From assembly GCA_021323475.1 (NCBI GenBank), contig JAJQJM010000001.1:141-64140 (forward strand): 64,000 nucleotides of DNA, written 5' to 3'. This document shows positions 19,133-27,306 of this stretch, in pieces. The DNA is from Vampirovibrio sp. (GTDB taxonomy: Bacteria > Cyanobacteriota > Vampirovibrionia > Vampirovibrionales > Vampirovibrionaceae). The notes beneath the pieces were generated by a model. The model was given only the letters and a program-made list of their open reading frames with translations, was not told the origin of the DNA and ran no database searches. The position numbers and the translations under genes were made by a program. Each line of letters starts with the position of its first letter. Within the stretch, counting starts at the first letter, position 1.

Positions 19133-20005
19133 TTAACCGACCCGCAGGGTCAGGCATTTGGATGACCCGCCGGATTTCAGGAATTCACTGAGATCCACCT
19201 GCACCACATTGAAGCCGCGCGCTTTTAAATCGTCCGTCAATTGCCCGGAGCCCTGGTTAAAGATGACGGTATCGTTTACGTTTACCGCATTGCAGGCAAA
19301 GCGGGCCGCTTCTTCCGCCGAAACGGGGATGAGTTTATCCTTGGGCACATTGGCTTCAATCACCGCCCGACCGTACTCGTCAAAGGCGTCCGGCGAGTAA
19401 ATCAAATGCCCGTCCGCCAAGGGGCATAGGCATACATCAATGTGATAATAGCGAGGGTTAATCAGCTCCATAGATAATACCGGCAAATCGGTGGCCGCCG
19501 TCAGCAGGCTATGGGATGCAATATCGGTTCTGGTTTTGTAACCGGCAAATACCCGGTCTTGCCAGGTTAACGCATCCCCGGCCCCTTCAAAAAAGATATG
19601 ATCCGGCATGCGAACCACGTTAAAGCCCTGCTTTTCAAACCACTCGGCGCACACGGGTTCTTCCGCCCGACGTTCGGCATACTTATAGTGGGCAATCACG
19701 GCAGTGTTGTTGTGCACAAACGCCGCGTTGGCAGTAAATACCAAATCCGGCAGTCCGTCCACCGGCTCCAGCAGAACCACATCCGCTCCGGCTTGTTCGG
19801 TAATCGCCTTATACAGATTCTCCCACTGGCGTTTGGCCAGCGCTTCATCGCAGGGAGACGCCTCTTCCATCCAGGGGTTAATGGCATAGGCCACCGTAAA
19901 GTAAGTGGGCGGGCACATTAAAATAGTCGGTTTGCCGCTTTTGGAAAAAGGGGTAACCCCCACCGGGGAGGTCCAGGTTTTAGCAGACGAAAGGGAACTC
20001 ATCAC
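19133..20005 (-). CDS. amidinotransferase / DDAH / arginine-dihydrolase-like enzyme (guanidino-group modifying superfamily)
   Basis: 290 aa. The C-terminal GGSSKCLT motif carries a putative catalytic Cys as in the GME superfamily, and the N-terminus has the ILMCPPTYF…INPWM pattern. Confidence 0.55.
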   Translation of the reverse strand: MMSSLSSAKTWTSPVGVTPFSKSGKPTILMCPPTYFTVAYAINPWMEEASPCDEALAKRQWENLYKAITEQAGADVVLLEPVDGLPDLVFTANAAFVHNNTAVIAHYKYAERRAEEPVCAEWFEKQGFNVVRMPDHIFFEGAGDALTWQDRVFAGYKTRTDIASHSLLTAATDLPVLSMELINPRYYHIDVCLCPLADGHLIYSPDAFDEYGRAVIEANVPKDKLIPVSAEEAARFACNAVNVNDTVIFNQGSGQLTDDLKARGFNVVQVDLSEFLKSGGSSKCLTLRVG

Positions 20006-20015
20006 AGCCTCCCAA

Positions 20016-20522
20016 TTACCATTGCAGGCCGTGAGTGCCGCTGATCAGCACATCACCCTGACGCAACTCGCTCACCGGCTTCATACGCGCTTGCCCCTGC
20101 TCCAGAATCAAGGCCCAGGCACCGCCGTTTTGCACCGGCACCCATTCCCCCCGATGATGCACCCGCTGGGGCAACTTAACGGAATAAGCAGCCTTGGGCA
20201 ACTGCCCATCCTGTTCGCAAGTCAGTATCTCCGGCTCTTCCTGATCGCCCGGCACGGCGCCATAAGGGGTAATCGCTTCCATTAACTGCGCCATCACCTG
20301 TTGATTGGGCGCCATCAAGGTCATGTTAATGGAGGAAATATCCTTCTTCAGGCTGCCCACCCGAATGTCGTTCAGGTGGTAGTCGCCGCCTAATTGCTGC
20401 ACCACATCGATCACCTTGGACAGCGTCAGGGAATCGATTAAATGCCCCTTCAGTTCCACCGTCGTACTCAACCCGACCGATCCCGATGTGCCACTCATGC
20501 GTTCAACACTCCTTCCATCCAT
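20016..20522 (-). CDS. hypothetical protein, co-transcribed with the downstream amidinotransferase-like gene
   Basis: 168-aa ORF 10 nt upstream of the amidinotransferase-like gene on the same strand. Confidence 0.45.
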   Translation of the reverse strand: MDGRSVERMSGTSGSVGLSTTVELKGHLIDSLTLSKVIDVVQQLGGDYHLNDIRVGSLKKDISSINMTLMAPNQQVMAQLMEAITPYGAVPGDQEEPEILTCEQDGQLPKAAYSVKLPQRVHHRGEWVPVQNGGAWALILEQGQARMKPVSELRQGDVLISGTHGLQW

Positions 20523-20939
20523 GTGTTCGAATCAGGTGTCCGAATCACGCAAATCTGATTCACCCGATTCGCGAATCCCCTCTATAACTCTATCTGAAAT
20601 GAGACCAATTGACCACACCGGCCCCGTTCGTCAGCGCACTACCAGCCGGACTCCAGCCCGGATTTCAGCCACCCTTCCATCGGATCATCCACATGGTCGA
20701 CCTGAAAGATCGACCCATGGATCAAGTTTTCGGGGGAAATATCGGAGGAAATATACAGAAGGTAGAGGACTCTACCGGTTCGGTTCCTGCGGATAGCGGA
20801 TGAAAAGCCCCAAGCAAACCGATACCCTGAATAAGGAAAGCCCGATTCGGTTAACCCCAACAACGAAGGGTATCCCCGGTTCATCACCCAAACCGACGCC
20901 ACAGTGGGAAAGTTCAAAAGAGTGTGTAGGTAAAGCAGA

Positions 20940-21491
20940 ATGACTCTGGAAAGTCTTCAATCCACCTTGCAGCGCATCGCGGAAATCCGCAGCCGGTTTG
21001 AGCCGGCTCCTGCCGCAATGCCCACTCAGGCTGATGGCGCGTTCGATTCCGCCTTATCTCAAGCCTTGGGCAATTATGGCTCGGCCCCAGTGCCTACCGA
21101 TTTGGACGCGCTGATTCAAGGCCAGGCTGCTGAGCAAGGCTTGGATGCCAACCTGATTAAAGCCGTTATCAAGAATGAATCCAACTTCAACCCCAAAGCG
21201 GTTTCCCCGGTGGGCGCCCAGGGATTGATGCAACTGATGCCCGGTACCGCTGCCGGACTGGGCGTCAAAAACAGCTTTGATGCGGCCCAAAACATTCAAG
21301 GCGGCTCCAAATACCTGAAGGGTCTGCTGAACAAATACAACCAGGACGTGCCGATGGCATTGGCCGCTTACAACGCCGGGCCGGGCGCGGTGGATCGCCA
21401 TCACGGCATTCCTCCGTATCAGGAAACCACCCGCTACGTGCAAAAAGTCATGCAATCTTACCAGGCGTACCAAACCGCCGAAGGGAGCTAA
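20940..21491 (+). CDS. SLT-domain lytic transglycosylase, likely flagellum-dedicated (SltF/FlgJ-C-like)
   Basis: IKAVIKNESNFNPKAVSPVGAQGLMQLMP…AYNAGPGAV is an SLT/GEWL catalytic signature. It sits immediately upstream of flgF. Confidence 0.75.
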   Translation: MTLESLQSTLQRIAEIRSRFEPAPAAMPTQADGAFDSALSQALGNYGSAPVPTDLDALIQGQAAEQGLDANLIKAVIKNESNFNPKAVSPVGAQGLMQLMPGTAAGLGVKNSFDAAQNIQGGSKYLKGLLNKYNQDVPMALAAYNAGPGAVDRHHGIPPYQETTRYVQKVMQSYQAYQTAEGS

Positions 21492-21494
21492 CGC

Positions 21495-22262
21495 ATGCTG
21501 AGAGGTTTGTACACCGCCGCCGCCGGAATGCTGGCCACCACCACCTCCGTCGATACGCTGGCCAGCAACCTGGCCAACGTAAACACCGTTGGCTTTAAAG
21601 GCAACAAGCTGAACTTCCAGACTTTCCCGCAGATGCTGATCAGCAAAATGGACGGCGAAGGCCAGACTCCCGTGGGCAGCATTATGACCGGCAGTAAAGT
21701 GTACCAGAGCTTTATGAACTTTACGGCAGGCTCCATCCACGAAACCGGCAACACCTTCGATCTAGCCATCCACGGCGACGGCTTTTTCACCGTCAAATCC
21801 GCCGCTGACGGCAAAGAATATTACACCCGCGCCGGCAATTTCACCATTAACGCCCAGGGCTTCCTGACCACCACCAACGGCGATTACGTGCAGGGCAAGC
21901 TGGGCAACATCCAGGTGAAACTGGATGACGGGCCCTTCAGCATTACCGGCCAAGGCAACATCAGCGGCAAAGGTCGCCAGATCGATCAATTGCTTATTAC
22001 CCGCTTCAAAGATAACCAATCCCTGGAAAAAGTAACGGAGAACCTGTTCCAGGCCACCCCCAACAGTGAAAAATTACCCCCCGCCCAGGTGGTTGGCTAC
22101 AAAGTCCAGCAAGGCGCGCTGGAAGGATCCAACGTAAACCCCATTTCGGAACTGGTGAACAACATTCAGGGAATGCGCCTGTACGAAGCTCTTCAGAAAA
22201 ACATCCACATGCACAATGAAGCCCTAGGCAAAGCCGTCAATGACGTCGGCAAAAGCCGTTAA
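21495..22262 (+). CDS. flgF: flagellar basal-body rod protein FlgF
   Basis: MLRGLYTAAAGMLA…SNLANVNTVGFK N-terminus and the rod C-terminal motif. Confidence 0.8.
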   Translation: MLRGLYTAAAGMLATTTSVDTLASNLANVNTVGFKGNKLNFQTFPQMLISKMDGEGQTPVGSIMTGSKVYQSFMNFTAGSIHETGNTFDLAIHGDGFFTVKSAADGKEYYTRAGNFTINAQGFLTTTNGDYVQGKLGNIQVKLDDGPFSITGQGNISGKGRQIDQLLITRFKDNQSLEKVTENLFQATPNSEKLPPAQVVGYKVQQGALEGSNVNPISELVNNIQGMRLYEALQKNIHMHNEALGKAVNDVGKSR

Positions 22263-22293
22263 GACTTGACCCACCCAGCAATCGGAGGCCCGT

Positions 22294-23085
22294 ATGCTCA
22301 GAGCACTCTACACGGCAGCGACCGGATCCCAGAGCCAACAGTTTAACATCGACATCATCGCCAACAACGTAGCCAACGTGAACACCACCGGCTACAAAAA
22401 AGCCCGCGCCGAGTTCGAGGATCTGCTCAGCCAGACCTACTCCACCGCCGGTTCCATCGGCGATCAGGGCACCACCGACCCGGTGGGTGTGCAGGTCGGT
22501 CTGGGTGTTCAGGTATCCGCTACCCAGCGCATTTTCTTGCCGGGCTCCATTCAACAGACCGGCAATCCGCTGGATATGGCCATTCAGGGCGACGGCTTTT
22601 ACCAGGTGCAAACCGACAGCGGCCTGATAGGCTATACCCGCGACGGCAGCTTCAAGCGCGACGCCAACGGCACCTTGGTTACCACCGACGGCTACCCGGT
22701 GCAACCCAACATCACTATTCCCAACGATGCCACCGATATTATCGTGGGCCTGAACGGCACCATTTCCGTCCGGCAAGCCGGCTCCAGCACCCTAAACCAG
22801 GTTGGCCAGCTTCAACTGGTACGCTTTGCCAACCCTGCCGGTCTGGAAAGTGTTGGCCGTAACCTGTTCCAGGAAACCCCCGCATCCGGTTCCGCCGTAC
22901 AAGGCACCGCCGGTCAGGGCGATTTCTCCAAGACCACCATCACCCAAGGTTACCTGGAAGGTTCCAACGTACAAATCGTAGAGGAGCTGATCAACCTGAT
23001 TAGCGCCCAACGCGCATTTGAGGCCAACTCCAAAGTGATTCAGGCCTCCGATGAATTGCTGAAAACCGCCAATAACACCGTATAA
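22294..23085 (+). CDS. flgG: flagellar distal rod protein FlgG
   Basis: MLRALYTAATGS…NNVANVNTTGYKK and the C-terminus YLEGSNVQIVEELINLISAQRAFEANSKVI. Confidence 0.9.
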   Translation: MLRALYTAATGSQSQQFNIDIIANNVANVNTTGYKKARAEFEDLLSQTYSTAGSIGDQGTTDPVGVQVGLGVQVSATQRIFLPGSIQQTGNPLDMAIQGDGFYQVQTDSGLIGYTRDGSFKRDANGTLVTTDGYPVQPNITIPNDATDIIVGLNGTISVRQAGSSTLNQVGQLQLVRFANPAGLESVGRNLFQETPASGSAVQGTAGQGDFSKTTITQGYLEGSNVQIVEELINLISAQRAFEANSKVIQASDELLKTANNTV

Positions 23086-23103
23086 ACAACCTGAAAGGCT
23101 GAT

Positions 23104-23871
23104 ATGAAATACTTCCGTACCACCTTGAATAGCCTGAGCGTCCTGCTTGCCGGAGCCACCCTGCTCTGCGGCGGCATGCCCACGGTTGCTCAAGCGGCGG
23201 AAGTGACCGAGGCCCAAGTTCGGGAAGCCGTAACGGCCCATGTGCAGGATAAAATCCAGGCGCTGGTATCCGCCAATGAGCGCAAATACGTCAGCGTTCA
23301 GGTCGTTAAAGTGCCGGCGGCCCCGTTCCACTTTCCGCAAGCGAAAACGGCAGCGGACGTGAAGATCACTGCCGAGTCCCCACTGGGCGATACCTATTCA
23401 GAGCGCAGCATCATCCGGGTACACCTGGAAGCCGTCGATGGCAGCAGCCGGGAAATCGGCGTACCGGTGCAGCTGGTGATTAAAAAGCCGGTATGGGTGG
23501 TTAAAAACATCGTTAATGCCAACCAACCGTTGCGGGCCAGCGATTTCTCGCTGCAAACCAAGAATGTGAGCCACAGCTACAGCTACGCGGTCGGCTCCGA
23601 ACGCAACCTGAGCGATTACATTGCGCGGGTCAACCTGCGTCCCGGCGAAATTCTGGACGCCCGCAAGGTTATCATCCCTCCCGCAGTCACTTACAACGAC
23701 CAGGTAACCATTTTAATCACCAACGAAAGCGGCATGACCATTACGGTGCCGGGCATCGCCTTGGCCAACGGCCGGGTCGGGGAAACCATCCGGGTTCGTC
23801 AGGCCGTGTACCAGCGCAAATACTACAGCGCCAAGGTCATCGATAAAAACCAGGTGCTAGTGGAGATCTAA
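23104..23871 (+). CDS. flgA: flagellar P-ring assembly chaperone FlgA
   Basis: Signal peptide and a C-terminal SAF-like domain, positioned between flgG and flgH. Confidence 0.65.
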   Translation: MKYFRTTLNSLSVLLAGATLLCGGMPTVAQAAEVTEAQVREAVTAHVQDKIQALVSANERKYVSVQVVKVPAAPFHFPQAKTAADVKITAESPLGDTYSERSIIRVHLEAVDGSSREIGVPVQLVIKKPVWVVKNIVNANQPLRASDFSLQTKNVSHSYSYAVGSERNLSDYIARVNLRPGEILDARKVIIPPAVTYNDQVTILITNESGMTITVPGIALANGRVGETIRVRQAVYQRKYYSAKVIDKNQVLVEI

Positions 23872-23960
23872 CCTCCGGAGATCTGACCAACAGAGATCTA
23901 ACCCCTATCCAGACAAGCGAAACGGTTCAAGAGAGAGTCAACCATCAGGGAGTAACAGAG

Positions 23961-24686
23961 ATGAAAGAACGCAATGCCAACACCGGGAAAGCGCCCAGCA
24001 GAAAAATTCGGCGTGTCCTGGCCTGCGCGCTGTTTTCCCTGATTGTGACAAGCGCAGCCCAAATGATGGAAGCCGAGGCCGAGTCCCTGTTCCGGGCCAG
24101 CACCACGTACGATGCCCAGGCCCCTTTAAGGCCCCGCTCCTTGTTCACACCGCCCATCTCCCGCGAAGTGGGCGATCTGGTGACCATTACCATCAACGAA
24201 ACCGCTACCGAAAACGTGACTTCCGAACTCAAGATTACCCGCACCCAAACCATTGAAGAGAACGGCAGCAACTTCTATAACCGCATGCTGAGCTTTATGC
24301 TCGGCAAAGTGCCCATTGCCGGCACCAAAAAGGTGGAGAACCTGCTGAAAGCACCTTCTTTCGATGGGATGGACAACGCCAACAACCTGGGCAGCAAGGC
24401 GGAAAGTAAGCGCAACACCACCATGAACGACACCGTTACCTGCCAGGTGGTGCAAGTGCTGCCCAACGGCGACCTGATGGTGCAAGGCCAGAAAACCATT
24501 ATGGCCAACAAGGAACGCGCCGATCTGATGGTGAGCGGCATTGTGAAGCCCTATTACCTGGATCGCTTCAACCAGATTCCGTCTTCTCGCGTCGGCAACT
24601 TCCAAATGTTGCAGAACGGCAAGGGCGTCATCAGCCGTCAGCAGAACGACGGCATCGCCAACAAGATTTACCAATTCTTTAATTAA
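23961..24686 (+). CDS. flgH: flagellar L-ring protein FlgH
   Basis: SLF…ARDVGDLVTI-type motif (REVGDLVTITINE) and overall FlgH similarity. Confidence 0.85.
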   Translation: MKERNANTGKAPSRKIRRVLACALFSLIVTSAAQMMEAEAESLFRASTTYDAQAPLRPRSLFTPPISREVGDLVTITINETATENVTSELKITRTQTIEENGSNFYNRMLSFMLGKVPIAGTKKVENLLKAPSFDGMDNANNLGSKAESKRNTTMNDTVTCQVVQVLPNGDLMVQGQKTIMANKERADLMVSGIVKPYYLDRFNQIPSSRVGNFQMLQNGKGVISRQQNDGIANKIYQFFN

Positions 24687-24690
24687 CGGG

Positions 24691-25836
24691 GTGCAAGCTC
24701 AGATGAACGCAAGCTTTCAACATTCGAAAAAAATTATAGCAAGCACCCTGATGCTGGTTTTGATTGCCGGGTCCGCTTGCTTTACCAGCCCGGCACAAGC
24801 CGCCAAATTGCGCGTTAAAGACATTTCCCACGTCAAAGGCGTTCGGAATAACCAGCTGGTTGGTTACGGGCTGGTCGTCGGCCTCAGCAAAACCGGCGAT
24901 AAAAGCCGTTCCACCCAAACCAGCACCGCCAACCTGATCAACAACTTCAACGGCCGTTTGAACAACGATAACGACATCCGTTCCACCAACACCGCTGCCG
25001 TGATTGTGACCGCCCTGGTTCCTCCCTTTGCGAAAGAAGGCGACCCGCTGGATGTGGTGGTTTCCTCAATGGCGGATGCCTCCAGTCTGGAAGGCGGCGT
25101 GTTAATCAGCACCGAATTACGCGCTCCCAACGGAGAAATTGTGGCATTGGCCCAAGGCGCGCTGTCTACCGGCGGCACGTCCGTCAGCGCAGGCGGCTCC
25201 TCCAAGCGTACCGCTATTACCACCTCCGCCCGCATTCCGGGTGGGGCCATTATGGAGCGTGAAATTCACACCACCATCGGCGATGAAGCCGGTATGGAGC
25301 TGGTGTTGAACAGAACCGACTTTACCCTGGCCAGCCGCATGGCCGAAGCCATTACCAAAACCGTCGGCCCGGCCAGAGCCATCGACGGCAGCACGGTGCG
25401 GGTGATCTTCCCGGATCAGTTCATTGATAACCGGGTGGCCTTCCTGTCCAAGGTTGAAAACGTTACCGTGGACGGCACCGAAGAAGTCGCCAAAGTAGTA
25501 GTGAACGAGCGTACCGGCACCATCGTAATCGGCAATAACGTAAAACTGCTGCCCGCAGCCGTGGCCCACGGCGGTATTACGGTCAGCGTCAGCACCACCA
25601 ACAGCGTGTCTCAGCCCGGCAGTTTAAGTTCCGGCGGGCAGACCGTGGGCGTAACCAATAGCGACATCAGCATCGATAAAGCCAAGGGCAGCCTGGTAAA
25701 ACTAGGCCCCAACGCCACCCTGCAAGATCTGGTAGGCGCCCTGAACGCCCTGGGTGTAACCCCTAGCGATTTAATTTCCGTGCTACAGGCGTTAAAAGCC
25801 GCCGGTAGCCTGGAAGCCGCCCTGGAAATCATCTAA
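24691..25836 (+). CDS. flgI: flagellar P-ring protein FlgI
   Basis: KLRVKDISHVKGVRNNQLVGYGLVVGL is the FlgI N-terminus, and the C-terminus ALNALGVTPSDLISVLQALKAAGSL also matches. Confidence 0.9.
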   Translation: MQAQMNASFQHSKKIIASTLMLVLIAGSACFTSPAQAAKLRVKDISHVKGVRNNQLVGYGLVVGLSKTGDKSRSTQTSTANLINNFNGRLNNDNDIRSTNTAAVIVTALVPPFAKEGDPLDVVVSSMADASSLEGGVLISTELRAPNGEIVALAQGALSTGGTSVSAGGSSKRTAITTSARIPGGAIMEREIHTTIGDEAGMELVLNRTDFTLASRMAEAITKTVGPARAIDGSTVRVIFPDQFIDNRVAFLSKVENVTVDGTEEVAKVVVNERTGTIVIGNNVKLLPAAVAHGGITVSVSTTNSVSQPGSLSSGGQTVGVTNSDISIDKAKGSLVKLGPNATLQDLVGALNALGVTPSDLISVLQALKAAGSLEAALEII

Positions 25837-25889
25837 CGCAGGACGATTTACCAGAAAGATTTACCAGAACGATTTAAAGGACTAATTCA

Positions 25890-26321
25890 ATGAACCCAAT
25901 GGACACCAACCTGCAAACCGGCAACCTGCAATGGCAGGGGCAGGCTGATGCGTCCAAAATCCAGCAAATGCAGCGCCAGTTCCTGAATCCCGGCACCGCT
26001 GACCAGAAAAAACTGAAGAAAGCGGCCCAGGAATTCGAGGCGATTTTCGTACAGCAAATGCTGGATGCGATGGATAAGACCATCGACCGGGAAAACAGCA
26101 TTTTAAGCGGCGGCAGCAGCGAACAATACTTCCGCGGCATGCTCAACCAGGAAATCGCCAAATCCATGACCACCCGTCAGGGCGGCAGCGGATTCGGGCT
26201 GGCGGAGTCCATTTACCGCCAGATGTCTCAAAACATGAAAGCCGATACAACTCAAACCAACAGCAATCAAACGGGCAACGGGATTCAGGGAACAGGGAAA
26301 ACAGGTGAGGTGAGTTTCTAA
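25890..26321 (+). CDS. flgJ: FlgJ-like rod-binding protein (N-terminal domain only, no hydrolase domain)
   Basis: AAQEFEAIFVQQMLDAMDKT is the rod-binding domain signature; 143 aa. Confidence 0.75.
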   Translation: MNPMDTNLQTGNLQWQGQADASKIQQMQRQFLNPGTADQKKLKKAAQEFEAIFVQQMLDAMDKTIDRENSILSGGSSEQYFRGMLNQEIAKSMTTRQGGSGFGLAESIYRQMSQNMKADTTQTNSNQTGNGIQGTGKTGEVSF

Positions 26322-26638
26322 TGCGTATTGATTCCGGGACACAATCCATTCAGTTGTTAAAAGCCCAGCAAGCCTGGGAAGCCCGCCGGGCCAGCAAAAC
26401 CAATGCCAACGAGCAGACTGCGCCGGCCAGCCCCAGCGCGTCCCCGGCCATTGAAGTGGCCCGCCCTACCTTGGATTCCACGCCTTCCGTATCCCAGGCC
26501 GTTGCCCCCCAATGGGCTCAAAAAGTACAGGAAATCCAGCAAGTAGCTGAAAAAGCGGGCTTTGTCGGCGTGAGCGAGCAAGACATTCGTCGCGCTTACG
26601 TCCACGGTGAAAGCCTGTTCGCGGATTATCGGGTGTAA
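26321..26638 (+). CDS. hypothetical flagellar-cluster protein, possibly an FlgM-like anti-sigma-28 factor
   Basis: 105 aa. The start overlaps the flgJ stop (TAATG), and the protein sits directly before the flgN-like gene. The C-terminus is only weakly FlgM-like. Confidence 0.35.
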   Translation: MRIDSGTQSIQLLKAQQAWEARRASKTNANEQTAPASPSASPAIEVARPTLDSTPSVSQAVAPQWAQKVQEIQQVAEKAGFVGVSEQDIRRAYVHGESLFADYRV

Positions 26639-26652
26639 AGGAGAGAACGCCA

Positions 26653-27186
26653 ATGACAGACATCAGAACCAACCCCACCCCAACCGAATGCCTGGATATT
26701 CTGCATGGCATTTTAGAGGATGAAATTCGTCAATACGCAGCGGCAGCGGAAAAAATGATCCGCAAAAACGAAATGCTGGCAGCCGGCCAGCCCCAGGGCT
26801 TAGGTAAACTAGACCGGGAACTGCTGACGCTGAGCCAAAAAGCGGCCCAGCTGGAAAAAGACCGCCGCGCCCTGATGACCCGGATGGGCCACGACGGCCA
26901 AACCCTTAGCGACCTGATACCCACCCTGCCCCAGCAGGAAATTCCCCGATTCACCGATTGCCGGGAGCGGCTGATTAGCGCCATTAAAACCGCCGACAGC
27001 CTGAACCGGGACAACCGGGATCTGCTGACGATTTCCCTGCAATGGCTGCAGGACACCATTGAAATTATCGCCAACGCCATTACCCCGGAGGCGGCGTCTT
27101 ACACTGCCCAGGGAACGAAAAACACGGCACAGCCCGCTGCCAACCCGGCCACCCTGCCCCAGTCAACCATTAACCATTCCGCATAG
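26653..27186 (+). CDS. flgN: FlgN-family flagellar export chaperone
   Basis: 177 aa with an L…LL…E…L pattern and Leu-rich helices like FlgN. It lies just before flgK and flgL. Confidence 0.6.
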   Translation: MTDIRTNPTPTECLDILHGILEDEIRQYAAAAEKMIRKNEMLAAGQPQGLGKLDRELLTLSQKAAQLEKDRRALMTRMGHDGQTLSDLIPTLPQQEIPRFTDCRERLISAIKTADSLNRDNRDLLTISLQWLQDTIEIIANAITPEAASYTAQGTKNTAQPAANPATLPQSTINHSA

Positions 27187-27306
27187 CAGTCAAGCAGGCA
27201 ACCTGCCCCCAGTTCATCAACTAACCGTTCATCAGACCAGAATCAACCCCTCAAAAAACCACCGGGAAAGTGAAAGAGGATTATTCCTCCAGAGAGGTTT
27301 CCATTA

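Noticed and set aside
24126-24674. 182-aa minus-strand ORF
   Set aside because: It is antisense to flgH.
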